A stretch of DNA of 64,000 nt from Vicugna vicugna. Lineage: Eukaryota. The translations under genes were made by a program, and so were the position numbers. How positions within the stretch are numbered: position 1 is the first letter of the stretch; the number at the start of each line of letters is the position of its first letter. Location of the stretch: positions 9,529,009 to 9,593,008 of the forward strand of contig MU058781.1 in assembly GCA_013265495.1 (NCBI GenBank). Direction: 5' to 3'. The notes below the pieces were generated by a model, which worked only from the letters and a program-made list of their open reading frames with translations, was not told the DNA's origin and made no database searches. Shown here piece by piece: positions 1 to 13,095 of the stretch.

Positions 1-2699
1 ATCTTCTTTTATTGAAACGATGCTTATTGTGTGATTATTGTTTTAGGAAGGCAGAGGAGAAACAGTATAGACATCAGCAGAATTTCCCAAGAAGGAAGAT
101 TGTGGCCTTTTGGAGGACAGAAATACATACTTTTTGTTGTGGTGACAGTGGTGATGGTAGGTCCCCCCTCCTCCTCCAACGCACACAGACACAACATCTT
201 ACACAAGAACTCTGCACAGAAGTAGATGTGAATTGGATTGTTTAAGAGTAAGCACCAAAGGAAACAAAAACAAAACCCAACTTGTCTGTGTTTTCTAAAC
301 AGGTATCAGATTTCTGTTCTTCCCTGTTGATAATACTTGCCTGGATTGCTGCTCACTGTTCAGGCAGGGGTACAGCTGTTGCTGGCTTCAGTTTTTATAA
401 CCTGGAGGAGTGGCCTTGGGCAGTGATGGAAACCGATGTCCTGTTGAGAAGAATTTAACTTCTTTAATTTGAATGTGCTTAAACGGTGCTTCATGGCACC
501 GTCTGAAGCAGAGTAACTTGTAGAATGAGTATTTCCCTGCATATTCTGAAATGCCGTAATTCGATACACAGTTTACTACCTCAGTATCCAAAATGGGAAG
601 TGTCATTTCTGTAGGTCATTCGGAGTCTAGATTGATCCAGGGGGAGGGGACACTGGGGGCGTCTGTCTCCAGTCAAGCTGCCTATGGTGCTGTAATGGAC
701 CTGAAGCTAGCAGTTGATAATGATGTCATCTTGGGGATGTTGCTGGCATTTTTTTTTCTCAGTAGACTGGCACTAAACTGTTTTTCAAAACACAAAAGAA
801 GGAATTCTGGCTCACTTTGCGTATCCGATAGGCTTGGCTGTTTCTTATGAGTGAGGTGTTGTCTTCATGTTTATCTCCTTGCAGGGAAGTGTCTGTTGAC
901 GCAGTATACATTTCAGTCACCTTTATCACAGAGCCGTCTGTGAAGACTTGAGGGCAAGTCAGGAAAGCCCCCCAGAGCAACTTCTCAGCCCCCGAACCCC
1001 GCCTAACCAGATACCAGCAGTTTTTATTTCTGTGTTGCTGGAGATTTCTCCTACGATAACGAGAGACCTCACAGAATCTTAAAGCACTGGATTTAGAACT
1101 GTGTGTTAGAAGTGAGCACAAGTCTCCAGGTGTTGTTCTCCCTCCTTCAGTGCAAGACTGCTTTGCTTTTGTGTAAATGAAGTTGCAAAGCTCAGGTCAA
1201 CCTGGGGTGTTTGTTCTTTTCTATTCCAGACCCTTTGTTCTTCTCTATTTTCTGGCCCCTTGGAATCTTTTACAATACTTGGCTCGAAGATTTCTGCTAA
1301 GAAGGCTATTAAAATGCCAGCTTGAGCTGCTTTCCCAGCCTTGGGTCTTCCGGGTTCTGGCCGTGCGATTGCATCCTGCTCTGGAGTCTTGGCTGGGGGC
1401 CTCTCGCACCTCCTGTTGGCTCTTGAGTGGCTAAAATTTGGTGGAGCCTTCCTTGCTCTTTCCCTCCACTCAGTCCTCCTGCTAGCAGTTCTGCCCACTT
1501 AGAGGTAAGCTAGTTGGACTTCGATGCCCCCAGATAATTCTAAGCAGGGGAACCTTCATTCTGCTTGGATTTTCTGATTCCAGCTTCCCTTTCTAGTTCT
1601 GACCCTTCAGCTGCTTTCTACAGATGTCAATAGCAATGTTTCTCCTTACCACATTTATTTTTGAAATAACATTATATTTGATCCTTAAGCTGCCTGCTGT
1701 GGGAAGAGTTAATAGCCTCTTTATGGCCTCCAGATAAATTCACAACAAAAGCGGAGGGGAGGGACAAGGCTGGGGGTGGGCAGAGGAGAGAAGTGCCCCG
1801 ATGAGTGAGGGGTGGACGTAGCTTGGGTGTTGGCTGGAACGTCAGCAGAAGAGGGCCGTCTGTGCCATCAGCCGTTGGAACCCTTCCCGGGCAGGGGGCA
1901 GGCGTGTTGTTAACTCCCCTTCAGAAGTGGAGTTCAGTGTTGAGGATAGAACATTGTCTAACTATTGCCTTTCGTGATGACCATTTTAGAAGAGTGCTTT
2001 GTAAACTTCTTGAACCAAAGGAACCTTAATGTGTCCTAAGCCTTAATCACTTTTCAATCAGTGCTCCCTTGCCAAGGAAGCATTTATTAGAGGAATCACA
2101 AGAATGTATTTTCCATGTTTGATTTCGTCTATCCCCAGAGACTTCAACAGCTCATCAACGACTGACTCCTAAACTTTGACCTGTGGCCTCTTGACTCCTG
2201 AACCCACACTCGTGTGCTCACGGTACTGCTTCAAGTCTCTGTCTGGTTTCTGTCTGCGAGCTTCATCACATTGGACACCAGCATGTTCAAAACCAATTCA
2301 TTATCTTCTTTGGCCCAAGTTTTTCCTCTTGTATTCTCTGTCTTTAGGATATGTTCATGCTACAGGCTGGGCCTCCTTCCTCACAGTTTGGTCACGAAGT
2401 CCGTTCTGTTTTATCTACTGAGCACCCCGGATGCTGTCCTTCCCCCATTTCTGTGGCTACCGTTTGAGTCGAGTCTTATTTGTTGCTGGGTAACTGCAAC
2501 AGGTGCTACCTGCCTCCGGAGTTTGTTTTTTGAGGAAACTTCTCATCATGTCTCTCCTTTGCCTTAATCCTCTGGGGTACACAAACCCTTCCCCAGATAA
2601 GTCCTCTCCCACCTTCCCCCACCTCATCCTATGTTTAAAGTTCCTTAAGTTCCAGTGTTACTAAGGAATAGCGTGCTTACATGTCCTGTCCTTCTCTTG

Positions 2700-2945
2700 G
2701 TTCTCCTCTTCCCCTCACTTCTCCTGGAGACTGTCCTACCTACTCAGAAGTCCAGCCAAAGGTCTTCTGTGAAGCCTGTCAATATTCCTTTGTGGCTCCG
2801 TTGTTATAGCAAATATCATATTAAATTGTAATTGTTTCCTTCTGTGTCTGTCTGTCTCTCCACTGAACTAGGAAATTCTCAAGAGTAATGACTGTATCAT
2901 GTCTGGCACCCAATAGATGGTCAATATATATTTGTTAGATGAATG
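2700..2945 (+). mobile_element. L2 LINE 3' end fragment
   Basis: tgtctgtctctccactgaact...gtctggcacccaatagatggtcaatatatatttgttagatgaatg resembles the L2 3' terminus. More L2-like sequence probably lies upstream to about 2150. Confidence 0.7.
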
Positions 2946-3520
2946 TAAGCTAAGGATGGAGGCTATGGGTGTTACTTTTTTTTTTTTAAATGTAGATCAT
3001 AGTAAAAATGCATATTGCATATCTATTAATTATATCTACACTATTTACTTTCTGGCATACTTTCCTTTTGCCTTTACATTGCTACCGTTGGAGATGAGAG
3101 TATAATTTGAAATTAGAAAATTAATTGCTGGCATAATATACATTTAGAATATTAAAATATGCTATAACCAACCCCTCCTTCATTTGACACGTCTGATAGA
3201 ATATCTCAACCCTGACCTATGTTTTTAATAAGTCAGACTTTATTTTCTGTAGATTAGAAAGTCTTCTGAATGTCTCAAGTGTCTAAAAGACATTCACGTT
3301 TCAGGAGCTGAGATTCTTTCAATCATGGAATGTCTGAACTTATCTAAAGGGAGGAGGAGGCGGCGGCGGCTGGATATACTGGGTCAGATCAAGCCTAGAA
3401 TCTCAGCCTTGATGTAGTTGTATTTTCGAGCCCTGACCCCTTAAGTGTATATTGCTGTTTAGTGACTTATGAGCAACTACTGAAGTTGTTCCAGAGTATG
3501 GCTTAGAGGATTCCCTTAAA

Positions 3521-3803
3521 TTTTTTTTTCATTTAAGTGTAGTTCATTTACAATATTGTGTTATTTTCAGGTGTACAGCAGAGTGATTCAGTTATACATA
3601 CTCTTTTTTCAAATTCTTTTCCATGATAGGTTTTTACAAGATACTGACTATAGTTCTCTGTGTTATACCGTAAGACTTTGTTGTTTGTCTATTTTTTATA
3701 TATAGTAGTGAGTATCTGTTAATCCCAAACTCCTAATTTATCTTCCCCCTTTCCCCATTTGGTAACCTAAGTTTGTTTTCTTTGTCTGAGTCTGTTTCTG
3801 TTC
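3521..3803 (-). mobile_element. Cetartiodactyl-type L1 3' UTR fragment
   Basis: T-run, then gtgtagttcatttacaatattgtgttattttcaggtgtacagcagagtgattcagttatacata...ttaatcccaaactcctaatttatc, the reverse complement of the artiodactyl L1 3' end. Confidence 0.85.
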
Positions 3804-4539
3804 AAATGGTTCCTTACTGTTCCATACCAATGATGCCAGTATTATAGTGACCATAGACTATATCTACCTTGTGACTGCCAAATGGCTAATTCCAGAGACT
3901 TAACTCTCTCATGATTTTCTTTTAAATGCACAATAGACTTAATTCGATGTAGCTTAAAGATTTTCAAGTATTATAATAACACATGTAAATGAAACTAGTT
4001 TGAATGTACATGTTGAAATTTTATTTAAAATATTGGAGATTCTCCTGGTATTGATTTCTAGTTTAATTACATGATGATCTGAAAATAATGTATGACTGCA
4101 ATCTTTAAACACTAGTTGCACTTTTTTTTAAGGCTCAAGTTATGGTTTATCTTGTTGAATGTTTCATTTACTCTTAACAAGAATGTATATTTTGCTAGTG
4201 TTGCATGGGGTGTTCTGTATATGTCAGCTGGATCTAATTGGTTGATGTATTATTGTTCAGTTCTTTTCTATCCTTATTGATTTTCTGTCTACTAGTTCTA
4301 ACTATTAGTGAGAGGGGTGTGTTGATGTCTCCAACTGTAATTGTGGATTTATTTACTTTTTTCCTTAGTTCTGCTTTGTGTATTTTGGGCTCTGCTGTTA
4401 GGTACATATGCATATGATTGATATGTCTTTTTGGTGAATCAGTTCTTCTGTCATTATGCAGTATTCCATCTTTATCCCCGGTAATTTTCTTTGTTGTGAA
4501 CTTTACTTTGCCTGTTAATATAGCCATTCACTTAAGTGT

Positions 4540-5380
4540 TTTTCTCTATTTGGAAAAAAAAAAAGGTAACAACTTTATATTGAGAATTGTACATTCACAT
4601 GCAGTTGTAGGAGTGAACTCTTTACCTAATTTCCCCTGATGGTAATATCTTTGACTGTGCCACAGTATCACAACCAGGAAATTGCCATGGATACAAATTA
4701 CTGATCTTATTCAGATTTATGTGGTGTTACGTGTCCTTGTGTGTGTATTAGTTAAATGCAATTTTAGCAAATGTGTAGGTTTTTGTATTTACCACCAGTC
4801 AAGACACAGAGTCACTTCCATTATTACCACAAGGATCCATTGTGTTGCTCTTTTATAATCACACTCATTTCCCATCCCCCTTCCCCCATCCCTTAGCAAC
4901 TACTAATCTGTTCTCCATTTCTATAATTTGGTAACTTCAAGAATGTTACATAAATGGAATCATACAGCATATACCACCTTTAGGGATTGGCTCTTTTTCA
5001 CTAAGCATAATTCCTTGGTGATTCATCCAACTTGTATGGATCAGTAGTTCAGTTTTGTTGTTGAGTAGTATTCCAGTATTGAATTTTATAAGAAACTAAA
5101 TGTTGTTTAGTGGCTTTCCAGAATGGCTGTATCATTTTGTATTCCCATAAGAAACATATGAATGATTCAGTTTCTCTGCATTTTTCCCAGGATTTGATGT
5201 CACTGTTCTAACCATTCTAATAGATGTGTAGTAGTATCTCATTGTGGTTTTAATTTGGATTTCCCTAATGGCTGATTATATTGGAAATCTTTGCATGTGA
5301 TTGTTAGATATCTTCATATCCTTTTCAGTGAAATGTCTGTTCATTATTTTTGCTTATTATATAAATGAATTGTTTGCTTT
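4540..5380 (-). mobile_element. L1MC/L1MB-like 3' end nested in the endonuclease region of the older L1
   Basis: It contains 3'-UTR and ORF2-end motifs (aatggaatcatacagcat, gtatctcattgtggttttaatttggatttccctaatgg). The host L1 breaks at aatatagccattca (about 4530) and resumes at tccagctttattttgg (about 5381). Confidence 0.8.
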
Positions 5381-6250
5381 TCCAGCTTTATTTTGGTTTG
5401 CATTATATTTTTCTGTTCTTTTACTTTTGACCTACCTATATAAATATTTTTGAAGTAAATTTCTCATAGGTAGCATATAGTTGAGTCGTTTTAAACAATC
5501 GCTGACTTTTAATTGTTATATTTAGACCATGTACTTTTAATATAATTATTGACATATTTGGATTTAGGTCTACCTGCCCATTAGTTCTTAGTTTCCTATT
5601 TTTTGTTCCTCTCTCTTTCCCTATCACGCTTTGGGTTATTTGAACATTTTCAGATTTCCATGTTAATTCATTGAGATTTTGACAATATCTCTTTGTATAA
5701 CTTTTTTAGTGACTGTTCCATGGATGACAAAATATATATTTAACTTTTTAACATATGGCTTATATCTTAACACTTCATTTGGAATGTAGAGCCCTTATAG
5801 ATCCCTTTACACTTCCTCCTTGGTGCCATTGATGTCTTAATGTGTAGCATCTACATGCGTTGAAAATGTCATTTTTCACTTTCAACCATCAAACACGTTT
5901 TAAAGAGCCCAAGAGGAGGATAGTCTATATTTGTCCGGATTCATTTGTTTGTCTTTTGTTCCTCTCGAATCATGTTTCCTTCTATTGACATTTTCCTTCT
6001 TTCTAAAGCTCTTCCTCTAGCAGTTCTTTTGGAGTAGGTCTGCTGTGAATTCTTAACACTTCCCTTCATCTAAGAATGTCTTTATTTCACTTGTATTATT
6101 GATAATGTTTTTATTATAATCTGAGATGACACTTCTTTTAAAATTTTGTGCTATTTCTTTCTAGCCTTGAAGTTTTGTATGGATATCCACAGCCATTCTA
6201 ATCATTCTAATCATGTACATATCATTTCACTCTGGCTACTTTGAAGATTC

Positions 6251-6409
6251 CTTTTTTTTCCTTTTAATTGTGGTAAAATACTCAAAATATAAAATTTGCC
6301 ATTTTAGCCATTTTAAAGTGTACAGTTCCGTGGCATTAGTTAAAATCACAATGTTGTGCAGCCGTCACCACTCTCTTGTTCCAGAACTTTTTTATCACCC
6401 TGAATGAAA
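6251..6409 (-). mobile_element. Short L1MB-like 3' end nested in the older L1
   Basis: ttttaattgtggtaaaata...aaatttgccattttagccattttaaagtgtacagttc...ttccagaacttttttatcaccc is an L1MB terminus. The host L1 resumes at tatctttagtttttagcagttt. Confidence 0.8.
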
Positions 6410-8580
6410 TATCTTTAGTTTTTAGCAGTTTCTCTTAGGATAAACCCCAAAAATTTCACGTGGCTTGGGATTTGCTCAGATAATTGAATCTGTACATTTG
6501 TCTTTTGCCAGAATTGAGAAATTTTCCACTCTTGTTTCTTGAAATGGTTTTAGCACACACTTTTTCCTGTATCTTTCAGGCACTTCAATGACATGAATCT
6601 TATGCCTTCTGCTATTCAGTCACACATCTCTGAAGCTCTTCTCATTTATTTATCAACCCTTTTGTCTCTGTTCAGATTAGGTAATTTCTGTTGATTTATC
6701 TTCAGATCTGCCGACATTCATCTGCAATCTCCACTCTGATCTGGAGTCCATCAAGTGAATTTTAAATTTTGGTTATTGTCAACTCCAGTTTTAGTATTTC
6801 CATTTGTTTCTTCTTTATACTTTATATTTCTTTGCTGAGGCTATTTATTTTCATGTTTGTTTCAAGAATGTTCATGATTGGTCATTGAAACATTTGTATA
6901 ATAGCTGCCTTAAAGTTTTTGTCACATAATTTCAACATCTGTATCATGTCGGCATTGGCATCTGTTGACTATCTTTTCCTGTGTGAGTTGAAATTCTCAT
7001 GGTTCTTGGTATGTTGAGTAATTTTGGAATCTGTCCTGGATATTTTGAAGATTACATTATGAGACTCTGGGTTATGTTTAAATCTTATGAAGAATGTTGC
7101 TTTTTTTTTTTTTTTTTTGAAAGCAGGCCATTGACTTAGGTTCAGGCTACAAGTTCCAACCTACCTTAAGGGAGCTATTTCAGTATCAGTCCACTTTTCA
7201 AAGTCATGATAGTACTCTGGTTCTGTTCTGGGTGTGTGCGACCCATTGGTCAGTCTGTCACCTGTGTAGTGTTCCATTTGAGAATTCAGTTCTCACAGCC
7301 TTTGGTATGCTAATTACAATCTGGTTGACACATTCTTGACTTGGTGACAATCCCTGGAATTCATAAACGATGTTATAGGGTCACTTGCCTGAGCATCTTC
7401 CTCCCTGGTACATTTTAGTTCCTTAAAGTTTAGCTTTTCAGTCCTCTTAGAATCTGCTGTGCACTTTGCCATGTGGGCTTTTTTTTGGGCCCAACCAGCA
7501 GGAGGAGAGAGAGAGTAAAAGAAGCGCGGGGGTTGGCCTCAGCTTCTCGTGACCACACCTCCACCTAATGGATAGAAAGATTCCCCTCGCTTAGGGTTTT
7601 CACTCTCTCTGACCTCCATTACTGGTCACTGCAACGGAATTTCCTGGGAACAAGGTCCTGAGAAAAGTGACAGAAAAAGGAGGGAACAAAATTGTGGAAT
7701 TTCCACGCTCCCATGAATATTGAGTCTCCTTTTTTGTCCCATGAGTGAGAATTAGAGGGCTCCTAGAGCTTTCTCCTCTGCCACCACAATGCTCATTTCT
7801 AGGTTTCCAGCTATTTTAAGTTCAGGCTAGAGGATACAGCTGGAAAATAAATGGTAAACCCACTGCCAGTTTGATTGTACTTCAGATTCCAGTGGACTTC
7901 TGAGGTTTGCCTGCTGCTATTTACTTTTCAGAGGTTTCAAATAGCTGCTCTGTGTCATCTGTCCAGGTTTTATAGCTTTATTCAATAGTAGAGGTAGGTG
8001 AAGTATGTTTTACACCATCTTATCCAGAACCAGAAATCTGGCCATTACAGTATTGATTGTAGAATAACATAGTGGGTGACTTTTTCCCTCTCATACTAAA
8101 GCAGTCATGCATGTAGATTGGAAGGACTGTCTGGATTTCCATACTGTTGATGAGTCCTACATGGTTCTAGGTAATCTGAATTATGGAATATAGTTAGGTT
8201 TTTTTTGTATACAGGAATATGGAAATCTATGTAATCGGACAGAATTTGAAAGGCATATGGTATATAAGTATGTATGCATATATACACTCACATGCTTGAG
8301 CATGATGATAATTTTGATAACCTTAATTTAAAAGCAGACTTTTTAGTAATGATATAATTGTCCTTAACTCAAGAAGTGTCACACTGTACTTAGTGTATTG
8401 GTCCTTTTCTATAGGATAAACGTAAGGAATCCAGAGTGTGCATGTTTGTCAAATGTTTGAGGTGGAAACTTGTGTTTTTTTCCTACTTTACCATATTCTG
8501 TGTTTTTGAAAATTAAAGGAAACTCATAATAATGGTTTAAAAAAATGAAAGAGTTGCTAGTAGTTAGAAAACTGTCTTAT

Positions 8581-8703
8581 TTGCAGATACTACTGTATAT
8601 GTAAAATAGATAAAGGAGTTTCTACTGTATAGCACAGGGAACTATATTCAATATCTTATAGTAACCTATGATGAAAAATAATACGACAATGAAAAAAAAA
8701 GAA
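8581..8703 (+). mobile_element. Short artiodactyl/camelid L1 3' UTR copy
   Basis: tactgtatagcacagggaactatattcaatatcttatagtaacctat followed by an A-tail. Degenerate flanking repeat agaaaactgtcttat / agaaacctatgtctcat. Confidence 0.85.
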
Positions 8704-8789
8704 AGAAACCTATGTCTCATATACTAATATTTAACCTTTGTCCAAAAGGGATCAGAAGAGGTGATTCTGCTTCTTGGCAACTCATAGTC

Positions 8790-9165
8790 ACAGGTCAGTC
8801 AGGGACATGGAACCTATTTCAAGCAGAGAGGGATTTAATACAGGGGATTTGGTCACAATTGCTAAAAGGGCTGGAGAAGGAAGTCCAGATCTGGGACTGC
8901 AGGAATCTGCTACTGCTGGTGTGTGTGCTCACTGGCCCCAGCACTTTCCACTCAGTCATTGCATGGTAGCAGGGCTCCATGCTGCCCCCACTGCAGGGGC
9001 CTGGGCTGTAGGATTCTCCTGAAATCTGTTGCTGCTGGAGTCAAAGACAAATGAATTCTGCCATCTCCATTCAAAAGTGTGTCTTGTTCAAAGACCCCAA
9101 ACCTGAAATCCTTGCTGGCAAAGGAATTTGAGAAATGTAGTTTCCAGTTTTCAAGCCCCTAAGAT
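8790..9165 (-). mobile_element. Ancient ERVL/MaLR-type solo LTR fragment
   Basis: tatttcaagcagagagggatttaatacagggg (reverse LTR polyA region) and gctggcaaaggaatttgagaaatgtagttt are typical of LTR16/LTR33/MLT1-like LTRs. Confidence 0.6.
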
Positions 9166-9540
9166 TGGGTGAGAGCTTAGAAAAATAGGGATGGTACTAA
9201 TTAATATAAATGTTTAGTCATTGATAGATTTTAGTTTATTTTTGTCATATAATGTGTTTGGTAAACAAGGTGCTAAACTGCCTGAGGGTGGGAATAGGTT
9301 TTACCCTCTTTATTAACCTCACAAGGCAGAGCACAGAGCCTTGTGCTTGCTTAGTGCTCTGCTCATAGAATTGTGACCAAAACACCAAGCCTTCAAGTGA
9401 AAGATTGATCATCTTTATTTCTGGTTGGTTCTAGAACCATCAGCTAAAGAATATGAGGCCTTCTCTTTAGTCCTTGGGGCAAGAGCCTGGGAAATTTAAG
9501 ACTGTATTTCATGGGATTCCTGGGCTTGGTCGTCATCACA

Positions 9541-9834
9541 CAAGCAGACCTCAGAGATACTGCAGATTTGGTTCCAGAACACCGCAATAAAGTGAGTCAC
9601 ACGATTTATTTGGTTTCCCAGGGCACATAAGATACATTTGTACTATACTGTCGTCTGTTAAGGATGCTGTAGCATTATGTCTAAGAGAATAATGTACATA
9701 CTTTAATAAATCTTATTGGTGAAAAACGCTAACCATCGTATGACTCCCAGAGTTGCTAAAAACCTTAAATTTGTAAAAAAAAAAAAAAAAAAAAGTGCAA
9801 TATCTTCGGAAGTACAGTAAATGAGGTATGCCTG
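9541..9834 (-). mobile_element. Internally deleted Tigger1 derivative (TcMar-Tigger MITE)
   Basis: Inverted ends caagcagacctc...gaggtatgcctg match the Tigger1 TIR CAGGCATACCTC. Flanks are ca/ta (TA target). Both Tigger1 subterminal regions are present. Confidence 0.9.
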
Positions 9835-10509
9835 TATGATATTTATTTACCTTTTAAAAAACAAAATTGTCGTATAATATGAAGACTTCTGAGGTACAGG
9901 TATATGTAGGTAGGTCAGTTAGTAGTTAGTTACCCAAGTGACCTCGCATCTACTGTCCAGGAATTGTTTTTGTGCGTTTCCTATCTAGTGGGACGAGGGT
10001 GAATCTCTCATTTACCCTTCCAGCTGTAGTGAAAGAAGATCACAACATTCTGTTGCTGAAAAAACAACACACTTTTTCTAAGTATAACAAATTAAAAAAA
10101 AAAAAAGCAAAAAGTCACAAAAAACCTGTCTACTTAAATACTGTAGAGATGTTGGCATATTTTTATCTGGCTTATTTTCAGTCTTTTTCTATTATGTTTT
10201 TCAGTTTGTGTAAGTGATCTTCATGAGTGTACTTTTTATTGTTGTGTGATATTTCACTAATTAGATATGCTAAAATTTACATTTCCTTACTTTTGAATAT
10301 TCCTTTTTCACCATTATAATAATGCCACATGACATATTATGCCTAAAATTTTTCATATTTGTCATCATTTCCTTAAGAAAAAGTTCTAGATGGAGAACTA
10401 CTGGGGTCAAATAAATGAAGCATTTCTATATATATATCCATCCCCTCTTGTCGTCCTTTGGACTTGTTTGACCAGACACTGAACTCTGTATAGATGGAAT
10501 ATTGTTGTT

Positions 10510-11535
10510 TGTCTTTGGAGCTTGTCTTTCTCTCCCCTATTCAACATGCTGGAGAGATTAAATTTGTTTTAGTCACCCTATAAAATTCTTGTCTATGAAT
10601 ATAGACTATCCACTTTGGGCATAGGTTTTCTTATTTTTGGTGTTGTGAGTAATGATGCTGTGAACATTTTTCTTCAAAACTTTCGATACATACGGGTGTT
10701 ACTGTTTTGTTAAATATACACACATCTATACAAACACAGGCTCTAGAAGCAAAATTGCCAGGTTGTGAAGTTTTCACATACTCAATTTTAATAGGCAATG
10801 CCAAACAGATTTTGAAACTGATTGTACTTCTCTATACTACCACTAGAAGTATAAAGTTTCTCATTGCTCCACATCTTTGTGAGGATTTGCCGTTGTCAAA
10901 CTTCTTCATTTTAGCCATTCTGCTGGGTGTAGGAGTATCTCTACATGATTTTAATTTGCATTTCCCTCTGACGGTTAAGAAGGTGATTATCTTTTCTTAT
11001 TCTGAGGGGACATTTGGGAAGCCTCTTTCTAAGGATATTACCCAAATTCATTGCCATTGCCCATTTTTATTGATTTTTTTTTTGACTTGTAAGAGTTCTT
11101 TGTAAACTTCGGAAATAAGTCCTTTGATAGTTGTGTGTTACAAATATCTTTGCCTGCTCACTCTGTGGTTGTCCTTTTTGCTCTCATAATGGTGCCTTTT
11201 GATGAACAGGAGGTATGAATATACTCAGATTCATCAGTCTTTTCCTCTGTGATTAATGTCCTTTGTCTTCTGTTTAAGATTTTTTTTCTATCCCCAAATC
11301 ATGGAGATATTCTTCTATGTGTTTTCTGGAAACCTGATTGTTTTTTCACATGTAGATCTTCAGTCTACTGGGAATTGACTTTTATGTTGGTTGTGAAATA
11401 AAGGACCATATTTTACCCCCTAATGGATATCAAAATTGAACCAGTCATTTGTTGAAAATAGCATCCTTTCCCAAATGCCCTGAAGGGCCACCTTTGTCGT
11501 AAATCAACTTCTGTATATGTGGGCTGCTTCTCATC
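10510..11535 (-). mobile_element. L1ME-like ORF2 3' end and 3' UTR
   Basis: aatgatgctgtgaacattt, ttttagccattctgctgggtgt...ttttaatttgcatttccct, ttgttgaaaatagcatcctttccc. Confidence 0.8.
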
Positions 11536-12869
11536 TTACTGCAGAACGCGAGATGCCCTTGATGACTGACTTCTCCTTTGGTTGGTTATGTCCGTTGTGC
11601 CCTCTCCCCTCTGGCTGGGCTTGATACACTGATTATCTTTGCAGTCTTTTATTGTAAGATTTTAGTTGTGACACTGCTACATACCTCTCAGACTAAAAAC
11701 ATAGTGTGACCACTTCTGCTTGGTGCCTTATGAATTAGGCATTCTGATATGTCTCTGGGTACCTGAAAGTGACCAGCACAGTGGACTTCTTCAGCATTTC
11801 TAAAGAGCTTGTGGGCTGTGATTAACTTTTCATTATTTATCATGCATGTGTTGACTCAAATAATTTCAAGCCCTCATTTTTAGCTGTTACTTCTTCTCCT
11901 TAACTTTTCGTCAGAGCTAGCTGAAATGCTAAATTACTCCATCTGTTTGATTTTTGCCTTCCCATTCTTTCATTGTTCGATAAAGGCAGTTTACAATCAG
12001 TAGAATTATCAAACGTGAAAGAGGTGAGGACAGTTGTGAGGAAAAGGGCAGAGGATTTGACTAATCCACAAAGTAATTAACCTCTTCTTAGAGAACCTGG
12101 AGGCGGCTTGAGAGTGGATTAGGAGTGCTAAGGGGTGGAGGGGTGTTATTTTAGGAAACTGACTTTAAAATTCTCTATTTTCCGTGGATATATTGTTATT
12201 CTCTAATTTTGCTTTCAGAAACCTTCAGATAGCCTCTCTCACAAGCAGACATTAGCGCTTCATGTCTTCTCATATCCTGAGACTAACTTGCAGAAAAGAA
12301 AACTTCATCAAAAATTTGTCCTGAGTTTGCTAAATTAAAAAAAAATAATTAGGCACAATAAAAAGAAGAAAGGATAAACACTGCACACAGTACTTTAAAA
12401 AGAAACATTAACATCTTTTAACTGCACTAGTTGTCAGTGTTGCCTGCATGTTTTTGCTAAAGGTTAACCAAATTGTTTAGACATCTCCAATGGTTGGACA
12501 TCCGTCTGCTATACCCAGCTGATTAATGTGCTAGATTTCTGAAGAATATTCCTTTAATTTTTTATTATGAGCTGAGAGTGGCTAATTTTCTGAAGCAAAA
12601 TTGCTATATTGAAATTCTTTGCAACCCAGGGAGTTAGCAAATAGTCTGTACAAGGAAAAAAGAGCTTTTGATTCTTTGAAATGCAGTTGTATAACTACTG
12701 TTGGTATAACACTGGCAATGTACGAAGGCTTTTTTCCTTTTATTTGCTTCTGCAACCATACAGCAATGCTCTGAGGACGGGAATGTTATGTTCTTATAAA
12801 GAAGAAAGCAGAAGCTCAGATTTCAAGGACTGGGGCCCAATAACTAGAAAGCTGGTGGTTAAAGCAGCT

Positions 12870-13095
12870 GGGGTTTATTGAGTGCATAGTGTTTCCTGAG
12901 AACTTTCCTAAGTGCTCTCTACATAGTACATAGGAAAGTTTTCAGTCTTCGCATTAGTCCTATTACAGAGGTACTGTTGTCCCTATTGTACCCATGGGAA
13001 TGTTGAAGCATGAAGCTGAGTGACATTGAAGATCCTGGTAGATGCAGAGGCAGATGTGAACCAAATGTGGGCTACACCACTGTGCTCTAGTTACC
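12870..13095 (-). mobile_element. MIR SINE
   Basis: tttattgagtgc...taagtgctctctacat...gaggtactgttgtccctattgtac...gcagaggcagatgtgaacc follows the reverse MIR consensus. Confidence 0.65.

Larger units (their letters stand above)
4020..8038 (-). mobile_element. Old L1M (L1MC/MD-like) 5' UTR-ORF1-ORF2 endonuclease region, interrupted by two nested L1 3' ends
   Basis: ORF 5436-5627 (VDLNPNMSIIILKVHGLN..IKSQRL) and ORF 4234-4527 (AIL..KVKFTTKKITGDKDG...TITVGDINTPLSLIVRTSRQKINKD) are decayed L1 ORF2 endonuclease segments. The right end, ccatcttatccagaaccagaaatc, matches an L1M 5' terminus. Confidence 0.85.

Noticed and set aside
360..1498. Chain of minus-strand ORFs (130, 120, 72, 69 aa) suggesting a processed pseudogene
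   Set aside because: No recognisable protein in any frame, no poly-A or TSD, and lengths are compatible with chance. A BLASTX search would settle it.
1752..1782. Four G-runs, possible G-quadruplex
   Set aside because: The central loop is 8 nt, outside the canonical pattern, and there is no other support.
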